A DNA stretch of 64,000 nucleotides from Spirochaetes bacterium GWB1_36_13. Lineage in GTDB: Bacteria; Spirochaetota; GWB1-36-13. Each line of letters starts with the position of its first letter. Position 1 is the stretch's first letter. Shown piece after piece: positions 56,086-64,000 of the stretch. The stretch spans positions 2,723-66,722 of the forward strand of contig MIAO01000011.1 in assembly GCA_001829155.1 (NCBI GenBank), in the 5' to 3' direction. The notes below the pieces were generated by a model. That model had not been told where the DNA came from and searched no databases. It saw only the letters and a list, made by a program, of their open reading frames with translations. The position numbers were made by a program, and so were the translations under genes.

Positions 56086-56254
56086 AAAGCAATAATCAAA
56101 ATTATTTAATCAAATGAAAAGCTTTTTTTTATAAGAAGTTTGGGATTATCTTAAAAAATTTAAACTTTAGTTTACATTCCCTTTCTTTATGGCATTTTCT
56201 TTGTCAATAATGATAGGTAAAATACTACACTAAATGGTTTTTTAATTGTTTTTA

Positions 56255-56266
56255 TTAAACTAAAGT
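56255..56266 (+). promoter_or_regulatory. Conserved 12-mer TTAAACTAAAGT, 85 nt upstream of lipase paralog 3 (a variant TTAAACTTTAGT lies at 56159-56170)
   Basis: Exact match. Confidence 0.55.
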
Positions 56267-56350
56267 ATTACCCGCAGGTCTTTTTAAGAAAAAATAAAAC
56301 TTGGTCTTGAAAATGCATATAGTTTATTAAAGTAAATGTGGAGGCATAAA

Positions 56351-57373
56351 ATGAAAAGATTAGTTTTAGCGGTCTTGATTATGGGAGCGCTTGTATTTAA
56401 TGGATGTGCAAAAAGCGGGGAGCCGGATTCAACTGTATCAGCAGACGACAGCAAGGGAGTATGTTATGATCCCGGAGTCAATGCATTTGGATCAAACTTC
56501 CAAAGCTATTTGAACAGCACAGGGAACTCAGACTTGACAGGATTTGGCGGATCTACTTCTAAAACAGGTGATTGTGCCATTGTTAAACAACCCGTTGTCT
56601 TTATTCATGGAAACGGAGACAATGCATCCGGATCAGCAATGCCGATGGGCGGATGGGTCACTTCCAGAAATTATTTTAAAACCAAAGGTTATAAACCATC
56701 AGAGCTTTATGCTGTAAATTATGGAAAACCAGGAGCTATGAATGCGTCTTTAAACTATCACGAAGCTTCTAATATCAGCAAAATTTATCGGTTTATTGTA
56801 GCCGTTAAAAACTATTCCGGTATGGCAAAAGTAGATGTGATTGCTCACTCACTTGGGGTTACATCAGTCAGAGCAGCAGTCAAAGGCGGAACTTATAAAG
56901 AATATACAGGAACTTCAGTCTATCTTGGAGCTTCTATCAATGGAATTATTGATACTTTCGTAGGAATCTCCGGAGCAAACAGAGGGTTGAACTCTTGCGG
57001 ATCATGGCCTTTAAATATGTGGACACCAACCTGCGGACCTACAGGACTTTCTATCAATAACCCATTTTTAGTAGCAATCAACGGCGGAAAAGCTTCTATG
57101 TCCTATTCTTACTGGACATGGTCTTATGTGCCAAATACTCTTTCTATGAAAGTGGGAAGCTATACTTACAGCATTATGTCTTATGCGGATGAGCTGGGAT
57201 GTATGCCTGTAATGCCTACTTACTGTTATGTCTATGCCAGACATACTTCTTATCTTGACGGACAAAATGGAGGAAAAGTTTACTACTCTTATCCATACGG
57301 TCACATGGGAAATAAAGAGCAGACACCAGCAGTCCAATACAACATGGTTGTAAGTCACAATACCAACGGCTAG
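56351..57373 (+). CDS. Secreted class-2 lipase/esterase lipoprotein, paralog 3. Start at MKRLVLAVL with a GGAGG RBS.
   Basis: Same motif set (NGCAK lipobox, PVVFIHGNGDN, VDVIAHSLGV, YADELGCMP, YPYGHMGN). Confidence 0.75.
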   Translation: MKRLVLAVLIMGALVFNGCAKSGEPDSTVSADDSKGVCYDPGVNAFGSNFQSYLNSTGNSDLTGFGGSTSKTGDCAIVKQPVVFIHGNGDNASGSAMPMGGWVTSRNYFKTKGYKPSELYAVNYGKPGAMNASLNYHEASNISKIYRFIVAVKNYSGMAKVDVIAHSLGVTSVRAAVKGGTYKEYTGTSVYLGASINGIIDTFVGISGANRGLNSCGSWPLNMWTPTCGPTGLSINNPFLVAINGGKASMSYSYWTWSYVPNTLSMKVGSYTYSIMSYADELGCMPVMPTYCYVYARHTSYLDGQNGGKVYYSYPYGHMGNKEQTPAVQYNMVVSHNTNG

Positions 57374-57389
57374 CAATTTCTTCTTTTTA

Positions 57390-57490
57390 CCTCTCTGTTG
57401 TCAAAGGCAGAGAGGTTTTACAAAAGCAGCTCATCATCTTTAACCATAAAGCCCTTTTCAGGTTAACTGAAAAGGGCTTTTTTAAATTTT
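57390..57490 (+). terminator. Two consecutive terminators after lipase 3
   Basis: CCTCTCTG..CAGAGAGG + TTTT (57390-57420), and a 14-bp stem AAAGCCCTTTTCAG / CTGAAAAGGGCTTT + TTTT (57448-57490). Confidence 0.7.
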
Positions 57491-57555
57491 ATCAGTTGTG
57501 ATATATTTTATTTATAAATATTAACTTAAGGGAAGTTCTAAAAGATGACGGAAAA

Positions 57556-58821
57556 ATGCAAAATAAGAATTTAAGACTGACTGTTTCCAACTCCAAAAAA
57601 GCGCCGAAAGAATTGCATGAGTTATACCCTCAAATTTTCGCTCAAGTTGAGGAAAAGTACCATATTCATTATCTCATTCTCTTCTGCGAGATTCTGAGGG
57701 TTATAGACGATAATACTGCCCGCTTTTCTTCGTCTTCCTATTCTGATTCGGACATGTTCGGCGGAAGGTCTCAATACTGGAATATCACAACAAACCATAT
57801 CAGGCTGGAAAGGGCTATTGACAAGGAAATCAATGACAGCTGGCAGTCCGTTACCGTCAATCAGGACAGCCTGAATATATCAGGAATGCCCGAAGGCGTT
57901 TTTCTCGACTGGGACGGAACTTTTCGTTCTGAACTAACTCTGACAGTGGGAAATATGAGCGGGAGAAAGATTGAAGAAATCCTCGCCGCTGCCAAAAAAC
58001 TCTTTCAAACCGTAACTTTTGAAGCCTTGCCCATCCATCCTCATGACAAGCTCCGGGCTGATTTGAAGCGCCAGTATCTTTTGAGTGATACCAGCTCGAA
58101 ATCAGAAGGATATAATACTATTGACAATTACGGGGAGCTCCTGTGTGACGAAAGCGAAGAAACTGCAAAAGGCGCGGTAGATCAGCTTAAACCCTTTTTT
58201 AAAGAAGACAAGGAAACAAAAAAAATTAAATCCTATTTGAAAACTGCCCTGAAAGAAGCGGATAAATATGTGAAGCGCTATCTGATTGAGGCGATAGGCT
58301 TTTCTTTCAATAAACAGTATTCCGATATTATCCTGCTTGCTATGGACGATCCGGTCACCTGGGTGAGAGAAGAAGCCAGTAAATGGGCCAAGTATTTCTA
58401 CCAGGAGGGGACAGTTGCCCTGCTTATCAAAAACACAAAATCCATAGATCAAAATCTCCGCTGGGCTGCGGTGGCAAGCTTGGGAGAAATCATCCGCAAT
58501 AATAAAAAACTTCCGGGAAATGAAAAAAAAGCAATTGAGGAAGCATTGGTCAGGATGGCTTTAAAAGATGATTTCCGTTATTCGAAAGAAGTGGCTCTTT
58601 CCATTCTTTCAGACCAGAAAGACAACCGCTTTTTTAAACTCTTTGTCGATTCATTAAAACATTCTGATTCTTATATCCGGGGAACAGCAGTAGCAGGACT
58701 GGATAAACTCGGAAACACTGAAGCTCTTTTATATCTGGAAGTCCAGCTTGAAAATGAATCAGACACCGGGATTCAAACACGCATCAAAAAAGCAATTGGA
58801 AAACTGAAAAAACAGGGATAG
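57556..58821 (+). CDS. HEAT-repeat (PBS-lyase-like) protein. The true start may be downstream.
   Basis: C-terminal HEAT-like repeats (VREEASKWAKYF.., LRWAAVASLGEI.., SYIRGTAVAGLDKLGNTEA). Confidence 0.45.
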   Translation: MQNKNLRLTVSNSKKAPKELHELYPQIFAQVEEKYHIHYLILFCEILRVIDDNTARFSSSSYSDSDMFGGRSQYWNITTNHIRLERAIDKEINDSWQSVTVNQDSLNISGMPEGVFLDWDGTFRSELTLTVGNMSGRKIEEILAAAKKLFQTVTFEALPIHPHDKLRADLKRQYLLSDTSSKSEGYNTIDNYGELLCDESEETAKGAVDQLKPFFKEDKETKKIKSYLKTALKEADKYVKRYLIEAIGFSFNKQYSDIILLAMDDPVTWVREEASKWAKYFYQEGTVALLIKNTKSIDQNLRWAAVASLGEIIRNNKKLPGNEKKAIEEALVRMALKDDFRYSKEVALSILSDQKDNRFFKLFVDSLKHSDSYIRGTAVAGLDKLGNTEALLYLEVQLENESDTGIQTRIKKAIGKLKKQG

Positions 58822-59011
58822 CTTAAAGAATTGGTTATTTTTTAATGAAGAAATTTCCAATCTGGGCTTATTCCCTCAAGATTATCATCAATAATCAAAC
58901 ATTAGAGAAGTTCTGAAAAGTGTCATTTTGATGAGCAAAGCGAAGAGACATCTTTATTAAGGGGAGTTTTAAATATACGATGACAAAGAGAATAAAAAAA
59001 CGGTTAATTTT

Positions 59012-59039
59012 TTGCAAATTAAAATCATTTCAGTATAAT
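59012..59039 (+). promoter_or_regulatory. Sigma70-type promoter TTGCAA-N16-TATAAT upstream of speD
   Basis: Consensus-like hexamers with a 16-nt spacer, ~130 nt upstream of the ATG. Confidence 0.55.
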
Positions 59040-59167
59040 TTTTATTCTTGATTTATGACATAAAAAAGACAAAAAATATTTTAGATTATCTTTTGAACAT
59101 CAGGGATTTTTATGTATTATTAAATGCACTGAATTTAGTTATCAAGATCATATTTAAGGAGACAGCG

Positions 59168-59983
59168 ATGAAAATTAAACCCATTAAAAAGTTAAAACTT
59201 TATGGGTTCAACAACCTTACGAAATCTCTCAGTTTCAACCTGTACGACATCTGCTACGCCAAAGAGGCCGAAAACAGAAAGGCTTATATCGAATATATCG
59301 ATGAAGAATACAACGCTGAAAGACTGACCAATATTTTGACAGAAGTAGCCAATATTATTGACGCGAAAATCTTAAACATAGCAAGCCAAGACTATGACCC
59401 TCAGGGAGCCAGCGTTACAATTCTCATCTCAGAGGAGCCGGTAGAAAATATTCACAAGCAGAAAGACTGCGAAAACGATACTCCTGGACCCCTGCCTGAA
59501 ACAGTTCTTGCCCATCTGGATAAAAGCCACATTACGGTTCACACTTATCCTGAGAGCCATCCTCATAAAGGAATCAGCACTTTTCGGGCAGACATTGATG
59601 TATCCACCTGCGGAAAAATTTCTCCTTTAAAAGCTCTCAACTATCTTTTCCACCAGTTCAAACCTGATATTGCGAATGTAGATTACAGGGTCAGGGGATT
59701 TACTAGGGATATTAAAGGGAAAAAATTCTATATTGACCATAAAATCAATTCAATCCAAAACTATATTCCCGAAGAAACAGCTAAAAAATATCAGATGATT
59801 GATGTCAATATGTATCAGGAAAATATTTTTCATACCAAGATGCTTCTGAAAGAATTTGATTTAAATAACTATCTTTTCGGGAGAGCCGTGGTCGATCTGG
59901 AAGATAAGGACAAAAAGAAAATCAAGGAAAAGCTGAAAAAAGAAATGCTGGAGATTTTTTACGGTAGAAATATATCAAAATAA
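59168..59983 (+). CDS. speD: S-adenosylmethionine decarboxylase proenzyme (class 1B, E. coli type). Start at [16 protein letters not shown] with an AAGGAG RBS; the ORF track begins at 59048.
   Basis: Near-colinear with E. coli SpeD ([77 protein letters not shown]). Confidence 0.9.
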   Translation: MKIKPIKKLKLYGFNNLTKSLSFNLYDICYAKEAENRKAYIEYIDEEYNAERLTNILTEVANIIDAKILNIASQDYDPQGASVTILISEEPVENIHKQKDCENDTPGPLPETVLAHLDKSHITVHTYPESHPHKGISTFRADIDVSTCGKISPLKALNYLFHQFKPDIANVDYRVRGFTRDIKGKKFYIDHKINSIQNYIPEETAKKYQMIDVNMYQENIFHTKMLLKEFDLNNYLFGRAVVDLEDKDKKKIKEKLKKEMLEIFYGRNISK

Positions 59984-59991
59984 GGGTTTTT

Positions 59992-60861
59992 ATGACGAAA
60001 ATACAGCGCGAAGGCAATTTTGGAAGCAATTTTGAGAGATATCTGGTCAGCTTCTTATCTTTTATTTCCGGGTTAATTCTTGTTTATCTGGTCGTGAAAG
60101 GACCGCTTTTTTTAAATCACCTTCAGTATAAAACTTCTCTTTCAGGGATTTTCCAGATTAAAGGTCAGGATTTCACCAATTTATTTCTATTAACTCCCTT
60201 TTTAATCTTTGGCTCTGTCTCTCTTTTTCTCAGGAAAGAAATTTCAAAATATGTTATTATTCTGACTCCTCTTTACCTCATTTATTTCGTTTTAAGCTAC
60301 ACTATCGGGTTGGAATGGAGCTCTTCTGTCTATACAGGCAACAGTGAAACCTATTCTTTTTATTTCCTTTTTATCATGATCAGCGCTCTGATTACACTGC
60401 TTTACGGACTCAATATTTTCCCGCGGGATTTCCAAAACACGCTCAAGAAAAAACGGCTGATTATCTATTCACTGGTCTTTGTTTTTTTTATTCTTGTTTT
60501 TTCATCGATGTGGATCAAAGAGATTTTGAGTGTCGTTCAGACTGGAACCACGCCTGGTTATCAGGATGCGCCGGCAGCTTTCTGGACAATCCGGTTTTTT
60601 GACCTTGGATTTACGGTTCCTGTGGGCTTGATCAGTGTCTATCTTTTATGGACCCGTCCCAATCAGACCTATTGCATCCAGTTTTTGTTTTACGGTTTTT
60701 TTGTCACCATGATTACTGCGGTCAATATAATGGGAATAATGATGTATTTAAATCATGATCCTTTATTTACTATGGGCGGCATGCTCGTTTTTATGATTCT
60801 CGCGGTGATTGTTTTTTCAGGATTTATCTTTGTTGTAAAAAATTTTAAAAAATCAATATAA
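59992..60861 (+). CDS. Hypothetical polytopic membrane protein
   Basis: 289 aa with ~8 hydrophobic helices. Confidence 0.35.
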   Translation: MTKIQREGNFGSNFERYLVSFLSFISGLILVYLVVKGPLFLNHLQYKTSLSGIFQIKGQDFTNLFLLTPFLIFGSVSLFLRKEISKYVIILTPLYLIYFVLSYTIGLEWSSSVYTGNSETYSFYFLFIMISALITLLYGLNIFPRDFQNTLKKKRLIIYSLVFVFFILVFSSMWIKEILSVVQTGTTPGYQDAPAAFWTIRFFDLGFTVPVGLISVYLLWTRPNQTYCIQFLFYGFFVTMITAVNIMGIMMYLNHDPLFTMGGMLVFMILAVIVFSGFIFVVKNFKKSI

Positions 60862-60921
60862 ATCAATAAATTTATGAGATAAGCCTTAAATATTCACACA
60901 AGTGATAAAAAACGGGGTGGT

Positions 60922-63465
60922 ATGAAAATATTTTTTGATATTGTCTATAATCTTGGAATATTGGCTGCGATCAGCATGGTATCGGGGCTTTTAAACCAGC
61001 ATATTAAAAAAGAAAAGCAGCGTCAGATTTTTCAGGGGCTTATTTTTGGAATCGCCGCTGTGATTGGAATGCTGAATCCGGTTGTTTTAGGACCGGGGCT
61101 TATTTTTGACGGACGATCGGTGATGCTTTCTCTTGCCGCTTTGTTTTACGGTCCCTTTGCAGGAATCACGGCAAGCGTTCCGGCAGCCGTTCTTAGGATC
61201 ATTCAAGGCGGATCCGGTGCGATAACCGGCGTTTTGGTGATCTGCTGCTCTCTCGGACTAGGCATCTTTTTTCATTTCTTCTGGAAAAAAAAAGGAAAAC
61301 TGCTTTCTTTTATCAAGCTTTATGCTTTTGGCATTTTTGTGCATATTGCAATGCTTGCCTGCATGTTTACCCTGCCTGCCGATCTTGTCGTCAAAACATT
61401 TAACACTATTGCTTTACCCGTTATCATCAGCTATCCCCTTGCATCTCTTTTGATCGGAAAAATCCTTTTGTATATGCAGGAACAGCTTCAAAACAGCATC
61501 GCACTCAAGAAAAGAGAAGAACAGCTTCGCACCATCAGCAATAATATTCAGGACGGAATGATTTATCAGATTGTTATTGATAAAAACGGGAAAAGGATTT
61601 TTACCTATTTAAGCGACGGGGTAGTGAAACTTTACGGGCATACAGCCGATGAAATCATGAAAGATTCAAATCTGATTTATAATTTAATTTATGAAGAGGA
61701 CAAAGAAAAACTTCTTTTGGAAGAAGAAAAAGCATTTCAATTGTTATCTGTTTTTAAGACTCAAGTCAGGATAAAAGACCCTTCCGGAATAATACGATGG
61801 TCATCACTTATTTCTACACCGCGGATTCTTGAAGACGGAAATGTCTGTTGGGACGGGATCGAAGTAGTGATTACCCATCAAAAGCTGCTCGAGGACGAAT
61901 TGCTTCAAGCTAAAAAAAACGCTGAGAAGGCCAATCAGGCAAAATCTCAGTTTCTGGCAAATATGAGCCACGAAATCAGAACCCCGATGAACGGAATTAT
62001 CGGAATGTGCGATCTCTTGTCTTTGAGCTCTCTTAATCAGGAACAGAAAAGCTTTTTAGACAATATTGTCCTGTCGGCTGAAAATCTCTTATCTATTATT
62101 AACGATATTTTGGATATTTCCAAGATTGAATCGGGAAAATTTGAAGTTATCAACAGAGATTTTGAATTCAGTAAAGTGATTGAAAATATTGCTTCTGTCT
62201 TGTCTTACAATGCCCATAAAAAAAATATTGAACTGATTTTTTATATTGCTTCGGATATTCCTGATTTTATGATCGGCGATGAGGGGAAATTGAGGCAGAT
62301 TTTGATTAATCTGATCGGCAATGCTGTTAAATTTACAGAAAGCGGTTATATTTTGGTGGAAATGAAAAAAATCCATGAAGCCAAAGAAAGAATTGAAATT
62401 GAATTTTCTGTGGAAGATTCAGGAATCGGAATTTCTTCAGAACTTGAAAACAAACTTTTTCACCCTTTTGTTCAAGGCGATCTTTCCTATGCTAAAAAAT
62501 ATCAAGGAACCGGACTGGGGCTTGCTATCACGAAAAACTTTGTTGAAATTATGGGAGGAAATATCGGTTTTGAAAAAAGGCGGTCAAAAGGCTCTAAGTT
62601 TTATTTCCAGATTCCTTTCATGAAATCTCATTACCTTCCTTCTCTTGTCCAAAACCCCCTCAAGAGTCTAAGCGGTGTCTCTATTCTTTTTGTGGATGAC
62701 AATGAGTTAAATCGAGTCATCACTCAAAAAATGCTTTCAGAAGAGGGAATAACCGTTTTCCTTGCTGAAAGCGGTCAAAAAGCAATTGAATTTTTGACGG
62801 ATCATAAAAAAATCGACCTGATTATTCTCGATGTGCATATGCTGGAAATGGACGGATTTGAAACAGCTCTTGAAATTCGAAAAATTTTTGGGGATAAAAT
62901 CACTATCCTTATGTTTACCTCAGTGGATATCAACGAAAATCTTCAAAAATTAAGAGACTTGAATATTTCTTTTTATTTGGTTAAACCTCTTGTCAGAAGA
63001 GATTTGATTTCTAAAATAAAACTTTCTCTCAATCAAGTCCGGTTAGAGGAAAAATCAGATGAGGCTTTTTTTGAAACAAACGAAAAACAGCATCTCAAAA
63101 TCCTGATCGCAGAAGATAATCCAATCAGTATGTCCGTAGCTGAAAAAATGATCCGTAAAGCCGGCGCTTATCAAATTTTAAAAGCAAATAACGGTCTTGA
63201 GGCAGTACAACTATTTAAAAAAGAGCTTCCCAAGATTGTATTTATGGATATTCAAATGCCGACCATTGACGGGATAGAGGCTTTTAAAATGATACAAGCC
63301 TATTCAAATGAAAAAGGAATCCCTTTACCGAAAATAGTGGCGATGACAGCCTATGCCCAGCCTCAAGAGAAAATCAATTTTATTCAAGCGGGAATGGATG
63401 AGGTTATTACCAAGCCTTTTAGAATGGAAAGTATTCATACGATTTTAAAAAATACGATTTTCTAA
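60922..63465 (+). CDS. Hybrid sensor histidine kinase: N-terminal multi-TM (5TM-Lyt-like) sensor, PAS, HisKA, HATPase_c and two C-terminal receiver domains
   Basis: H-box MSHEIRTPMNGIIGM. G-boxes GTGLGLAI. Receiver Asp contexts LIILDVHMLEMDGFE and IVFMDIQMPTIDGIE. Confidence 0.85.
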   Translation: MKIFFDIVYNLGILAAISMVSGLLNQHIKKEKQRQIFQGLIFGIAAVIGMLNPVVLGPGLIFDGRSVMLSLAALFYGPFAGITASVPAAVLRIIQGGSGAITGVLVICCSLGLGIFFHFFWKKKGKLLSFIKLYAFGIFVHIAMLACMFTLPADLVVKTFNTIALPVIISYPLASLLIGKILLYMQEQLQNSIALKKREEQLRTISNNIQDGMIYQIVIDKNGKRIFTYLSDGVVKLYGHTADEIMKDSNLIYNLIYEEDKEKLLLEEEKAFQLLSVFKTQVRIKDPSGIIRWSSLISTPRILEDGNVCWDGIEVVITHQKLLEDELLQAKKNAEKANQAKSQFLANMSHEIRTPMNGIIGMCDLLSLSSLNQEQKSFLDNIVLSAENLLSIINDILDISKIESGKFEVINRDFEFSKVIENIASVLSYNAHKKNIELIFYIASDIPDFMIGDEGKLRQILINLIGNAVKFTESGYILVEMKKIHEAKERIEIEFSVEDSGIGISSELENKLFHPFVQGDLSYAKKYQGTGLGLAITKNFVEIMGGNIGFEKRRSKGSKFYFQIPFMKSHYLPSLVQNPLKSLSGVSILFVDDNELNRVITQKMLSEEGITVFLAESGQKAIEFLTDHKKIDLIILDVHMLEMDGFETALEIRKIFGDKITILMFTSVDINENLQKLRDLNISFYLVKPLVRRDLISKIKLSLNQVRLEEKSDEAFFETNEKQHLKILIAEDNPISMSVAEKMIRKAGAYQILKANNGLEAVQLFKKELPKIVFMDIQMPTIDGIEAFKMIQAYSNEKGIPLPKIVAMTAYAQPQEKINFIQAGMDEVITKPFRMESIHTILKNTIF

Positions 63466-63589
63466 TAAAAGAACCTGAAAAATAGTTTAATAAGCGTTTA
63501 TTTTTTATACTTTTCTTTTTTTTCTTGAAAAAACCTTCTTTTTTCGTTATATTTATTCTTTATATTACTATATGGGCATGAAGTTATAT

Positions 63590-64000
63590 TATGGACTGGA
63601 CTGAGTTTTTTAAGATTTTAAGTGATTCTACGCGGCTTCGGATTCTCAATTTACTCAATGATTATGAATTGAATGTCAATGAAATATTGGAAATTCTTTC
63701 TATGCAGCAGTCCCGGGTTTCGAAGCATTTAAAGCTTTTGAAAGACCATGATCTGGTGATTGAAAGAAAAGAGGGAACCTGGCGGTTTTATACTTTAAAT
63801 CAGAAAAAAATACCGGATACAGCGATCGCCATGCTTACTCTTATCTGGGAGAAAGAAGCGTATCAGCAAGAAAGAAGCCAAATCCCTTTTATTCTTGAAA
63901 AAAGAAAACTGTTTGCAGAGGATTTTTTTATTTCCAGCAGCCTGTCCAAGCAGGGGCTGGGAAGCTTTTATTCAGTAGAAGACTTGATGCTTGGTTTTTC
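63590..64000 (+). CDS. ArsR/SmtB-family transcriptional regulator, 3'-partial (runs off the window)
   Basis: MDWTEFFKILSDSTRLRILNLLNDYELNVNEILEILSMQQSRVSKHLKLLKDHDLV.. A winged-HTH ArsR signature. Confidence 0.65.

Noticed and set aside
1-64000. Search for CRISPR arrays, rRNA and tRNA genes
   Set aside because: No regularly spaced direct-repeat array was seen, and no rRNA-like or cloverleaf-capable sequence. The repeats present are dispersed (MITE/REP-like) or flank a gene cassette.

Overview
This 64-kb window is a low-GC (~35-38%) chromosomal segment. The spirochete-style lipoboxes (FTSC, FVSC, LFSC), the scattered flagellar genes (fliR, flgG, flgA) and the many GAF/PP2C and hybrid histidine-kinase sensors suggest a Leptospira-like spirochete.

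Housekeeping genes present are accC (partial), an accB-like gene, efp, a fabH-like gene, gltB-gltD, dapB, recA, guaA, speD, comM/yifB and a paaK-like ligase.

Four accessory features stand out:
1. A Septu-like anti-phage pair, an AAA15/ABC-type ATPase plus an HNH nuclease (21118-23032, minus strand). It is AT-rich and bracketed by ~100-bp direct repeats (20863-20967 and 23085-23190). It lies between an outer-membrane operon and gltB.
2. A second, very AT-rich islet (30094-31684, minus strand) carrying an overlapping two-gene operon of 132 aa and 402 aa with no recognisable domains. It has truncated a vapBC toxin-antitoxin locus and is followed by a structured inverted-repeat element and an XRE regulator. 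This is the best candidate for an undescribed defence or abortive-infection module.
3. Three tandem, highly similar class-2 (LipA-like) lipase lipoproteins (53630-57373). Each has its own terminator and a conserved 12-mer, TTAAACTAAAGT, about 85-90 nt upstream of the start codon. The same 12-mer lies upstream of a PHB-depolymerase-like esterase gene at 8088.
4. Several small dispersed repeats: a MITE-like element with 22-bp terminal inverted repeats (10745-10948), a 57-bp G-rich repeat at 32407 and 51007, and REP-like GAGCGGAGCCGA hairpins.

Other notable points are a BCCP-like accB whose biotin-accepting lysine is replaced by glycine, a decayed toxin-antitoxin remnant at 50690-50921, and a signal-peptide operon of nitroreductase, PLD (two HKD motifs), a two-LTD lipoprotein and an outer-membrane beta-barrel (14853-20681).
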